From assembly GCA_951406725.2 (NCBI GenBank), contig OX597831.1, forward strand, positions 46,190,001 through 46,254,000: a stretch of DNA of 64,000 nucleotides. Reading direction: 5' to 3'. The stretch is from Octopus vulgaris. Lineage: Eukaryota. The notes beneath the pieces are model-generated. The model worked only from the letters and a program-made list of their open reading frames with translations, made no database searches and was not told the origin of the DNA. The translations under genes and the position numbers were made by a program. Each line of letters opens with the position of its first letter. Position 1 is the first letter of the stretch. This document shows positions 1 through 12,099 of this stretch, piece by piece.

Positions 1-140
1 ACGTACGTACGTATGTATGTATGTATGTATGTATGTATGTATGTATGTTTGTATGTATGTATGTGTGAGTGTATGTTTCTATGTATGTATGTATGTATGT
101 ATGTATGTATGTATGTATGTATGTATGTATGTATGTATGT

Positions 141-610
141 ATTATGAAAACCATTTTATTTGACATCAAGGAATTGATTGTTTTCCAAGAAGAAAGTTAC
201 GTTTGATTCCACTGGCTTCTCGAATTTTTTAACAATACGAGTGTTCAGTAGATTAGGCGGTAATTCACCGTGAGCAACTTATTTCCCTCTTCATAATAGC
301 CGGAACTGTCAAACACAGCTCCTCCATCACGTTGATGGCTTTCTAAAAGCTCTAGGAAAGGGCTACAGTACAGATGTTATTTATTTTGATTTCAGTCAAG
401 TTTTTCACAAAGTCTACCACAGAATTCCGCTGAAGAAATTATCCACATTTAGAGTCCGTGGTAAGCTACAGCAGTGGATGAAATATTTTCTAACAAATAG
501 GACTCGATATTTTGTGGCTCATGCAATTTAAACAAGAGTAATAATTAGTGGTGTTCCCCAGGGTATTATGTTAGGCCCACTTCCGTTTAATGTTTACATA
601 AACAACTTGA
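141..610 (+). mobile_element. Decayed CR1/Jockey-group LINE RT fragment (also at ~10644-11100, 24439-24910, 33489-33960)
   Basis: Translates with frameshifts to DVIYFDFSQVFHKVYH (cf. YLDFSKAFDKV) and SGVPQGIMLGPLPFNVYIN. Confidence 0.8.
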
Positions 611-1599
611 AAATGCAAGCAAGCAAAAGTAAAGAAACTCGGCTGACACAGTGGGACAGAAAACGTTCAGGAATAAGGCCTGGATCCAGTGAATTCCCCC
701 AGAGATTGCCAGGAGAAGACGCAAATTGATTCTTGCACAGTTTCAGGATAATAATTGAGAGAAATCTGTCGGGTTAAATTGAGTTTAATTTTATTAAAGC
801 CACAAGCAATACGTCACTTGAGATAACGTAATACTTTTCTCTAAAGAGAGTCTGTGAGAGAATGATGGAATGTTACGGGCATATAATAATAGAATATACA
901 TAAACGCATAGTTTAACTAACCTAGTAAAAATATATAGAAACGAGGTTTATCCTTCAGAGAATATACCGAAACATTTTCATATAATAACAGAAATATATA
1001 TAAACGAAGAATTTAACTAACCTTGTAAAAATATATAATCGATGTCTACGCTACAGAGAATATACTGAAAAATGTAGGGGAAATCAAAATGATGTTGAAA
1101 TTATTTGCAACTGTAATATATTTTCACGAGAGAGAACGCTATTACTCTAGAAACGGCTATTATTCTGTCCGCATGCACTAAGGACGTTCTCTGTTTTCCT
1201 CGATTTCTAAACTATCAAGTTTCTGTAAAGAAGAAAAACAAAACATTCCATAAATTACATCCAGATGGTAAATAATTTCATTTTTAATTTTAATGAATGT
1301 CTCTCTTCGTAATTCATCCGATTAATAAGTTGCAGATTATATGATGCTGAATTTTTCGAAAACAAATGAAATAGCACTCTACATGATTAATATGTACTAG
1401 AAATTATAAAAGCATCGTAACAGATTAAAACAGATTGAATATAAGAATTTTAAGCATATTCTTTTTTGTCGTCCCTAATTTCATATTCAAATTTCTAGTC
1501 CCGCCTCGTGTTGTGAGGGAATAGTTATTTTCCTTGTTCTAACGACTACTGCCAGAGGGAACAACATGTATTTTATCAAATGTCTGCCCTTGTGATTTA

Positions 1600-3960
1600 T
1601 TGATCGTTCTACTGTGTGTAAGAGTGCTTGTATTTGTGAATCATTTTTTGAGAAGAGTTTCAAGCCATTCATATAAAGTAGATGATTAACTGTTTTTCCA
1701 CTCACGTTGTAACCATACTATCTTTCATTTAGGAGTTTACTTAGAGGAAAAATAGTGCTAAGCAGAATAACAAAGGAGGTAAGAGACTCCTTGAAAGATT
1801 CCACGTTTAATGTTGAGTCTACATATGTATTTGTAGAGACAGTGTTGAGAATTAATGTCGTTTCGACAGAGCTCCATGGCATGGGATACAAAAACCCTGA
1901 TTAATGGTGAAATTTTGAATATCTCAAAGCGTCATTTTTATTTAGCTGTGAGGAAGACTATCAAAATTCTTTTGTACTCTATCCATGCCACTGAGAGATG
2001 TCTTTACCTGATATGATGTTTTTTCACGTGTGAAATACAAGATTTTCTGGTTATTAGTGAAATTTTGAACAACTCCGGGCATTTATTTATAAAGCTGTGA
2101 AGAGGACGATCAATGGCTGTCTTGTAGTCTATACAGCCTACTGAGAGATGTTTTCCTTTTGTGATAATGTTCAAAAATCATTCTGAGTTTTTTTTTGTTC
2201 ATCAGGGAAGATGTTGTTAATGAGAAAATTATATGTATGTTTATTAGGAGATATATATATGGGTATTGTACATTGTTGAAAGTCAGGTTATAGGCCTGTA
2301 GTAGTTAGGGGTTTTTGTTTAATTTTTTTAGAGAGTAAAAAGATCCTACCATTGGCCAGCCATTGTGGTGTGGTCTGCGATTCTTTCATAATTGCGTAGT
2401 ACAACACGTTAGTTTCTTGTGTGAGTTTGTAAACATATTGAACCAGTAGTTGGGAACTTATCCATAGCAGATGACTTTTTAAATGCGTGTCTAACACCTA
2501 GTATACTTATCTCTTACCATATTTACTCTTCAATAAGCTCAGCGTCTTCTTTTCTTCCATTAATCCATAGGATGTCATAGTTGTGCTACTTTTCACCTAC
2601 AAAAATTTTCCTCTAGAATTCCAGTATTTCATGCTGTGAGTGGACTTCTATTTTGATGGTGCTTTTTCCAATATGCCAGTAGAACATCTTTGGATTATTA
2701 GGAAACATGCGGTTATCTTTGAAGAAACTGGACTGTTTTCGATGTGGCCTATATGCGTGGTTTCGCCTTCACTTTTTGATATATCTTCTTCACCACTCCA
2801 CCAGATTGGTGTTCTAACTTTAATTCGAACTTTTACACTATCTTTCTCTTCTTAGAAGGTTTTATATTTTGATTGTTGCTTAGGTTTTTCTGTTTCTATA
2901 TTAGCTCAGAGACCATTGATTTGATTTGTGATCATTATTTTCTTGCCTGTTGGTCTTTCATAACGTTTTGTCACTCTCTTTTTCAGTTTTGCGTCTTACA
3001 TTTAGAGTACATCATTCAACGATATGCTGTTTATGTTGGATTTGAGGGCTGTTTTCACCTGGCAGATTATTTTGCATGTTCATTTTTACTATTGTGAATC
3101 TTAGGAATGTCACTGCGTTCCTTCATGTCTACAGTTTTGGATTTTGATCCATTCATCGATCATTTCTTCTTCGAGCTCTTTCGGGTCCATTGCCTATATT
3201 ATTTAAATTGTTGATAGTCTCTTTAGTATGCTCATCTGCAATGACACGATCAGAGAGAATATTAAAGTTGTATCTAGTTATATGTCGTGTCGTTTATAAC
3301 TTCTTGCAAAGATTTTTCTTCTATGACTGACATAGTCTTTGCCTGTTGATTTGCGAGCTGTAATCGCTGGTTCGCTCCTTAGAACTGATTCATACATTTT
3401 CCTTTATCATTTGACGTCGGTTAACAATTTCTGTTTACAATATTTCTTCGTACATTTACAAGCTTGTTGCTGTCTATGTTCATTCTTGTGTTAGGATTCT
3501 TTTCCACATAGAATGATTCTGCTTGTTCAGAGTTTGAGACGTTTGTTGATTGATACATGACTATGTAGCAAGACTCAATAGCCTGTTTATTATCTTCTTT
3601 GGACCATTTCTCTCTTTTGATTTCATTGGTGCTTGTAGGTTTTGGGCTTGGAGGGCCTTGAGAAAGCCTTGTTCTGTTGTGGGAGACCTCCAGACTCATA
3701 TTGCTGGGAAGGAATCTCTTGTTCACCTGGGCGACGATTGATCCGATATAGATGATGCATCGTTGAGTTTTGGCTTGTGGCCATTAAAACAACATTGGGA
3801 TCAGGAGACGAGTCTGTTTGCTTCGAGTTAACTTTTGGACAGAACACCGCCTCCGAGTCCTTTGAATGGATGTGTTTCTCATATCGTAATCGCAAGAGTC
3901 TTACAGAGCGAATTTTGGTTGACATAACTCCAGGCATGACAGATTAGTGGTGATTTAAAC
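1600..3960 (-). mobile_element. Decayed, 3'-truncated R4/Dong-type non-LTR retrotransposon, copy A
   Basis: RT motifs NHLLYMNGLKLFSKND (cf. HLLYMDDLKL), IFQG.SL and NYRP, plus an N-terminal REKWSKEDNK region; many stops and frameshifts. Confidence 0.75.
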
Positions 3961-4841
3961 TAAAGGATTAATTGCTTCTTTTGCGTGTGTTGCTGCTAAG
4001 TCGCTTTGTTTTTGTTTTGTTCTACTTCGCTTGCGTCACGTGTTTTGCGTGTGTGTGTGTGTGTGTATGTGTGTGTGTTTGCATGTGCATATGAATATGC
4101 GCGTGCGAGCGTGTGTTGTGTGTCGTGTGTACATGTGTGTATGTGTGTGTGTGTGTATGTGTGCTTGGTGAGATAAAGGAAGAAAACAATAATTTTCTGT
4201 CGTCCAACCCATGTAAGGGAAATAAATCCACGTGCTTGAATTATGAACTACAAATCATGCATAATTTATCTTATACGTAAGATATTCTTTTTGTTTTTAT
4301 TTACTTCCCTGAGATACTCTACGTGCAACTCTTCCACAGCAGTAATATTTGATTCCTTTGAGTCTTTTAAACTAAAGTACATAGCATGCTCATTTGATGA
4401 GTGCAAGCTCAGAATCATATATATATATATTTATATATATATATTTATATATATATATAACTTAATTGGAAATGGATGCGTGGCCTTGTTCTTGTTACAA
4501 CTTTAACCCTCCGCAAATACCAAATTTTATTTAATTTGCTTTGCCGGAACAACTGTTTTAACGAAGTAGGGGAGTAGATAAAACAGGGGTCAACTGATGA
4601 ACGGATTGCTCTGTATGTTGCCTGCCTCGTTTCTTTATTTGTTTCTTTCGTTGTCCGAAAAAAAGTTCGTTTTCCATGTTTTAATTATGTTCCCGTTTTT
4701 CCATTTTCACAATTTTTTGACGTCCGGTATTTTAACCCATATATGCATGTATATATACATATATGTAGGTATGTACATATATGTATGTATATATGCATAT
4801 ATATATTATTTATATTATATATATGTATATATGTATGTATG

Positions 4842-4913
<72 letters not shown>

Positions 4914-5449
4914 TATATAAAAGTAGATAAATGGTACCACAAGGCACAAATATTTACTGGAAAATAGCAATCGACATAAATACGACTCTATTGTATAGCT
5001 TCACTGCATATATACAAGCTAAGACGTGCGCACGCTTGTATGTATGTGTGCAACAAACATGAAAGAAATTTGTCTTACCTCTAGGAAGAACATTCGATAA
5101 ATGGACAACCTAAAATCGGATAATGCAAGAACGGTTTCTAACTCTTCAAATACGTTTGTCAACGTAAATTTGATTAGTCTTCATCAGCTGCATTTACCTC
5201 GACAAAATTTCAAATGTTGCCACGTCAATGCCAGTACACTCGTCTGAACGCCAAAACGTTAACAGAACGAGAATAATGAAGACGTTTTAATGAAAATAAT
5301 AATGCAATACAAAGGCTGGATATTGTGGGGCTCGTTGCAGTTTGATTATCATAGAACATATAAGTTTGCAAGCGATGTAAAGTAGAGCTACTGAAGTGTT
5401 TTGGGAGTAGATTACGGATAATGTCTACAAAATCTTACAAGATATCAGA

Positions 5450-5556
<107 letters not shown>

Positions 5557-5711
5557 ACACACATATACATTCATACATGCATATATATACATAGATACAC
5601 ACACACACATACACATACACAAATAGCTTTTACTTTGAAGAACTTTTACTGAATATCTCTCTTTTAGTGACATAGAAATAATGCTTAAACATACATACAT
5701 AAATACATACA

Positions 5712-5777
<66 letters not shown>

Positions 5778-6046
5778 CTAGCAAACGCACCTGTCCTTTG
5801 GACGGTTGAAGTTGCTTTCGTGGTTTATTTTACAACAAATAACTGAACTACCGAGAAGGTTTATGTATAGGATGGCAATCTGTTTCCGACTAACCTGGGA
5901 ACGGAAAATCAAATTGTAGGCTGGTTATTATGGAGGTCGTTGCACTTTGATTATCATAGAACATATAAGTTTGCAAGCGATGTAAAGTAGAGCTACTGAA
6001 GAGTTTTGGGAGTAGATTACGGATAATGACTACAATATATACAAGA
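5778..6046 (-). mobile_element. Short Helitron-like element (also 18121-18389, 30872-31140, 40236-40503; partial at 45230-45375)
   Basis: The minus strand ends in a hairpin (ccgtcc-aaa-ggacgg in the unit 4 copy) followed by gcgtttgCTAG|T. A candidate 5' end is A|TCTTGTATAT. No TSD. The 5' boundary is uncertain. Confidence 0.5.
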
Positions 6047-6318
6047 TAGCAGATATTTTGCAAAATGTATTTCACGGACTAATACATGCTCACTAGCTGT
6101 GAAAGGATAATAAATTATAAGACACACAAGTACATATAACTACCAAATGCGGTGTGTGTTACATGTTGCATTCGATAGTATATGTTCCTATATTTTTGTC
6201 TTTTTATATGTCGGAACGTGTGATTATTCTTGTATAATGCATTTAATCGATATTGAAAGCTAATTACCCCAACATAGCAAGGCCAACTCAAGAGAAATTT
6301 GATCGAAAGAAATAATTA

Positions 6319-6891
6319 GGATCTTTTCATTTTGAAGGCCAGATTTTCCTAGTTAACTAAAGAATTTGAAACTTCGTATACTGGTAGAATGTGTCAAAAG
6401 AAAACATAATTGTAAACCAAAATGAAAACGGAATTGTAATTTCTAAGTTTAACGTTGTTTAATAATTCGAATTTTAACCAATGGTATTCTTTCTTTCGAC
6501 TTCAAATCAATTATTGCCTCTCAAAATATTGTTACTGTGACGTAAAAGCTATTTTGTGACGTAGTTAACGTAAACATGCAAATAGCTAAAATGTAAACAT
6601 CTGCTTATCGTAAACAGCTAAATTCGCTTGGCATCGTACACAGCTTTTTCAGTTCCCTGAATTATATTTGAAACAAAATAAAAATAAAAAGATTCATACG
6701 CATAAATATCCATCCTTAGACATCAGAAAGATTAGAAATGCAACAAAAATTTAAAATACCGGATCTTTACCTTTTGACCTACAGATTTAAAAAAATAATT
6801 TTTTCTAACTGAACACTTTCAAACTTCGTGGAGTATATATAAAATTTGTGTAGATCCTAAATAGCTATACACACATGTATACAAACATATG

Positions 6892-6928
<37 letters not shown>

Positions 6929-7119
6929 CTATACACACATATTCTAATACATATGCATATATGTGTATATATTTATAATGTGTGTGTATTATAGATGCAT
7001 ACATTATATATATATAAAAGATGTTTACATACAATATATATATATTTTATATACATCTACATGTATATGTATGTATGAATATATAAGTACCACAGAATTT
7101 GAATCAAACTGTTTTGATC

Positions 7120-7164
<45 letters not shown>

Positions 7165-7938
7165 ACACACACACATACATACACACATACTAAAATTACA
7201 TCGTTGGAGCAGTAATTTATTTATGTATTTTTTGTTATACAATTTATTTTTAAGCTGAATCCCTATCCTGCCATTAACCCCTTTCTTATAAAATAGTTGA
7301 AGAATCTGGGGTGTAGGAATTGGGCCAGTATTGGAACTTTTAACTTCTTGCTCTCTATCTTATGATCTCCGAAATTTAAGAATCTTGTGTTAACTGGGCT
7401 CTTATTATTTACTCTGACTCTGCCACCACCTCAATGCAAAGACTATCAATATCAGAATCATCTTCACAACCACCACTGAGACATCCTAACATAATCAATG
7501 CCACTACTACTATCATCATCCACTGCCGCCACCACCACCACCACCTCTACAAAAACACCAACACTATAATTGCTGCCATCATTTACATCCACTGTCACCA
7601 CTACACCACCACACCACCACCACCACCACTGCCATGATAACCACATCTACCACAGCTGTTTGCTTACTGCTTTATCCACGCTGTTTAAAATTTTCACAAA
7701 ATAGCTGTCTACGTCACAGTAACACTATGCAGTTAATGATTTCAAATGAAAACAGACAATACGATTGGTTAAAATTCGCAGATTTAAACTACGTTTAAAC
7801 TTATGAAATACATTTTTCTCAAAAAAACAAGATGAAATTAATGTTTTCTTTTGACACATTCTACCAGTATACGAAGTTTCAGATTATTTAGTTAACTAGA
7901 AAAATCTGAAAGATCTGGCCTTCAAAATGAAAAGATCC
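6319..7938. mobile_element. Non-autonomous TIR DNA transposon with 8-bp TSD (Merlin-like GG ends)
   Basis: Perfect 26-bp TIR ggatcttttcattttgaaggccagat, extending imperfectly for ~250 bp. TSD aataatta at 6311-6318 and 7939-7946. The empty site is present in unit 3 (~31405). Confidence 0.88.
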
Positions 7939-8442
7939 AATAATTAAATGTGATGATGCCCTAATGTGTGTATCTACTAATTTTGAAGTCTCGTATAAGC
8001 TCGTGTAAGCACATACAGTTCCATCCAAAATGGACGCGATTACCAGCATCCAAAAGGCAGAGCTTGAAAAATCGCCTTTGAGAAGACACTATTGAAACAA
8101 TGTTACTCCCAAATAAATTATATATATGTATATTCAGACACACAGTACTCACCAAAAAGCTTTTAATTAGTTCAGTGTAGTTACATACTCTGATTGTTTT
8201 ATTTATTTTAATATAACGCTTAAATGTTTAGGTAAAATTATTTTACATGGTGAATATTTTAAACTGGGAAGAACTTGCCGTGTTCATTTCAGGTGAAATG
8301 TTTCATTTGCGAAAAGATATAAGGTGACGAATTCATTGAGTTTCGATATTTTGTTTTTATTTAGCTGTGAGGATGACTATCAAAAGTCTTTTGTACTCTA
8401 TCCATGCCACTGAGAGATGTCTTTTCCTGATATGATGTTTTT

Positions 8443-9501
8443 TCACGTGTGAAATACAAGCTGGAAAATGTTGTGAAACAAAGCAAGTATTTCCTTACGA
8501 AACTGCCGATTGAAAACTCCGTAAATACACGGATTAAGAACAGAGCTGATATAAAAAGAATAATTTAAGAATTTGTGAATCACTAGTTCTTTATCACTTG
8601 CAACGAATTCAAAATCTTTAACAAACAACCACCAGAATGCTCCAATGAAATGTGGTATGTAACTGATTATCCATACCAAGGTGATAACAAAGAATATTAT
8701 ATTAGACCGAGCTGGTGGTCTTTTACGACGGTCAAAAGGGATGCTACTACTATCTGTAGACTGACCTGACTGAAGTTTGGAACTGTTACGAGTTGTGGTT
8801 TCACGAAACTGATCTGCTCTTATTTTCTTAATTTTGTAAATTCTCCAAATGCGTATTCCAATTAATAAGTATATAATCAAAAGAATCATAAACAAACAAG
8901 AGCAAATGGATGTCAGAGTAGTATAATAGACTAAAGAATATAATGTGCCATTTATATAAGGAGAAAGTGCACACACTTCTCCAATATATCCACATTGTTC
9001 CACCATTGTGTTTTGTCTGCCGTATACAAAATATGATGGTGTAGACAAAATAAACGCGAAGATTGATAAAAATGCTAGAATTTTTTTTGAATTATTAGCG
9101 GAAATATTTTGCTTAAGAGGTCGACATATGAGAATGTATCTATCGACAGCTATAAGAAACACAATGAAAGCTGAATTAATTACTGCTACAGCTACCACAC
9201 CACGTATCACACGACATGCAGCATCATTGTGAAATGTGTAGGAAAAATGTAGAACTACAATGTCCATAGGTATACATATTGTGCAAGTTAGAAAATCACA
9301 CACCGCGAGTGCTATAATGAACAAATGCGTGGCTGTCTCATTAAATTTATAATAGTATATATATGATACGAAGCAATTTCCAATTGCTCCAATTGCCATT
9401 GAAATTCCGAGATACATTATCACTGGAAAATAAACATCCACCATTCTTGTACTTAGTTCTACTGAAATACTAGCACAAATGTCACTATTGTTTTGCTCCA
9501 T
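8443..9501 (-). CDS. Class A (rhodopsin-like) 7TM GPCR, array copy 1 (352 aa)
   Basis: Uninterrupted ORF with seven hydrophobic segments and class A motifs: TM1 GN, TM2 LAVCD, TM3 Cys and DRY(ILICRP), ECL2 Cys, TM6 SYIP, TM7 NPCIY, helix 8 FNRQFR, N-terminal NNS sequon. The ligand cannot be assigned. Confidence 0.92.
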   Translation of the reverse strand: MEQNNSDICASISVELSTRMVDVYFPVIMYLGISMAIGAIGNCFVSYIYYYKFNETATHLFIIALAVCDFLTCTICIPMDIVVLHFSYTFHNDAACRVIRGVVAVAVINSAFIVFLIAVDRYILICRPLKQNISANNSKKILAFLSIFAFILSTPSYFVYGRQNTMVEQCGYIGEVCALSPYINGTLYSLVYYTTLTSICSCLFMILLIIYLLIGIRIWRIYKIKKIRADQFRETTTRNSSKLQSGQSTDSSSIPFDRRKRPPARSNIIFFVITLVWIISYIPHFIGAFWWLFVKDFEFVASDKELVIHKFLNYSFYISSVLNPCIYGVFNRQFRKEILALFHNIFQLVFHT

Positions 9502-9566
9502 TTTCTTAATATTGTTTGAAACTTTGAGGACAGTGTCCTGATTTGCAATGGTATTCCTCGTAATTC

Positions 9567-9585
9567 CTGGAACGAAAAAAATGCT
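9567..9585 (-). promoter_or_regulatory. Putative 3' splice acceptor 65 nt upstream of the GPCR ATG (equivalent site in all four copies)
   Basis: The minus strand reads tttttttcgttccag|G in copies 1-3 and cttttctttgtctttccag|G in copy 4, at identical spacing. Confidence 0.65.
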
Positions 9586-9784
9586 GGTTTGTAACTATTT
9601 AATTTTCCATAAACTCTGAAATATGCTTTACATCGAGAGTTAAGTAAACAAAGACGTGTACAAAATCAAGAAATACGTTTATCAAATATCAATTATACAT
9701 GATATTTATGAACGAATATTTGTGGATATACAGTGAAATTGTTAAATATTAAGCGTTCATCACAATTATCAATAAATAGGATAC

Positions 9785-10023
<239 letters not shown>

Positions 10024-10601
10024 CGTGCAGGACTTGTTAAGTGTTCGACATCAATCATATATTGGGAAGAGTAGTAAATGAACCATATAAGTATGTGCTT
10101 GTGTGTATGTGTGTGTTCGTTTTTAATGGTTGAATCCGAAGTAGATGAAGCTGTAAATAATAGTATATAGATATTAGGTTAAAAATACCATTTGGGAGGA
10201 AGGCGTGGCAGGCTACCCTTGGGTCTCGAACCTACACGTATTGCAAAACATGACAGACGTTCTGCTATTGAACCAAAGTAATATTTGGAGCTTCTGTATC
10301 CATTTTCGAAACTCTTTTCTTACCAGCGAGAACTGCATGTTTTTGACATCATAAAAAATTTGAAATTTCAAGATAATGTGAAATAATTCGTTTTTTACAT
10401 TTGAAGTGGAAGTAGATAAAGTTATAAATAATAGCGTCTAAATATTGACTTAAGGAACACTGGGTAGAAAAAGCCGAAAATATGTATCTATGTATGTATG
10501 TATGTATGTATGTATGTATGTATGTATGTATGTATGTATGTATGTATGTATGTATGTATGTATGTGTGCGTGTGCGTGTGTGCATGTATGTACGTACGTA
10601 C

Positions 10602-10632
<31 letters not shown>

Positions 10633-12099
10633 TGTATGTATGTATTATGAAAACCATATTATTTGAGATCAAGGAATTGATTTTTCTCCAGGAAGAAAGT
10701 TATGTTTGATCCCACTGGCTTCTCGAATTTTTTAACAATACGAGTGTTTAGTAGATTAGGCGGTAATTCACCGTGAGCAACTTATTTCCCTCTTCATAAT
10801 AGTCGGAACTGTCTAACACAGCTTCTCCATCACGTTGATGGCTTTCTAAAAGCTTTAGGAGAGGGGGTACAGTACAGGTGTTATTTATTTTGATTTCAGT
10901 CAAGTTTTTCACAAAATGTATCACAGAATTCCGCTGAAGAAATTATCCACATTTAGAGTCCGTGTTAAGCTACAGCGGTAGATTAAATATTTTCTGACAA
11001 ATAGGACTCGATATTTTATGGCTCATGCAATTTAAACAAGAGTAATAATTAGTGGTGTTAGACCCACTTCCGTTTAATGTTTACATAAACAACTTGAAAA
11101 TGCCAGCAATCAAAAGTAAAGAATAAGTTTAGAAACTCGGCTGACACAGTGGGACAGAAAACGTTCAGGAATAAGGCCTGGATCCCGTGAATTCCCCCAG
11201 AGATTGCCAGGAGAAGACGCAAATTGATTCTTGCACAGTTTCAGGATAATATTTGAGAGAAATCTGTCGGGATAAATTGAGTTAAATTTTATTAAAGCCA
11301 CAAGCAATACGTCACTTGAGATAACGTAATACTTTTCTCTAAAGAGAGTCTGTGAGAGAATGATGGAATGTTACGGGCATATAATAATAGAATATACATA
11401 AACGCATAGTTTAACTCACCTAGTAAAAATATATAGAAACGAGGTTTATGCTTCAGAGAATATACCGAAACATTTTCATATAATAACAGAAATATATATA
11501 AACGAAGAATTTAACTAACCTTGTAAAAATATATAAAATCGATGTCTACGCTTCAGAGAATATACTGAAAAATGTAGGGGAAATCAAAATGATGTTGAAA
11601 TTATTTGCAACTGTAATATATTTTCACGAGAGAGAACGCTATTACTCTAGAAACGGCTATTATTCTGTCCGCATGCACTAAGGACGTTCTCTGTTTTCCT
11701 CGATTTCTAAACTATCAAGTTTCTGTAAAGAAGAAAAACAAAACATTCCATAAATTACTTCCAGATGGTAAATAATTTCATTTTTAATTTTAATGAATGT
11801 CTCTCTTCGTAATTCATCCGATTAATAAGTTGCAGATTATATGATGCTGAATTTTTCGAAAACAAATGATATAGCACTCTACATGATTAATATGTACTAG
11901 AAATTATAAAAGCATCGTAACAGATTAAAACAGATTGAATATAAGAATTTTACGAATATTCTTTTTTGTAGTCCCTAATTTCATATTCAAATGTCTAGTC
12001 CCGCCTCGTGTTGTGAGGGAATAGTTATTTTCCTTGTTCTAACGACTACTGCCAGAGGGAACAACATTTTTTTTATCAAATGTCTGCCCTTGTGATTTA

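Noticed and set aside
2640-3937. Short ORFs recurring in every unit (71, 63 and 104 aa)
   Set aside because: Fragments or antisense frames of the decayed R4-type LINE, conserved only because the duplication is recent.
5150-5190. Minus-strand CTGATGA as a hammerhead core in each unit
   Set aside because: No convincing stem II or GAAA follows.
9008-9232. 74-aa plus-strand ORF conserved in all four units
   Set aside because: It is the antisense shadow of the conserved GPCR TM3-TM4 coding sequence.
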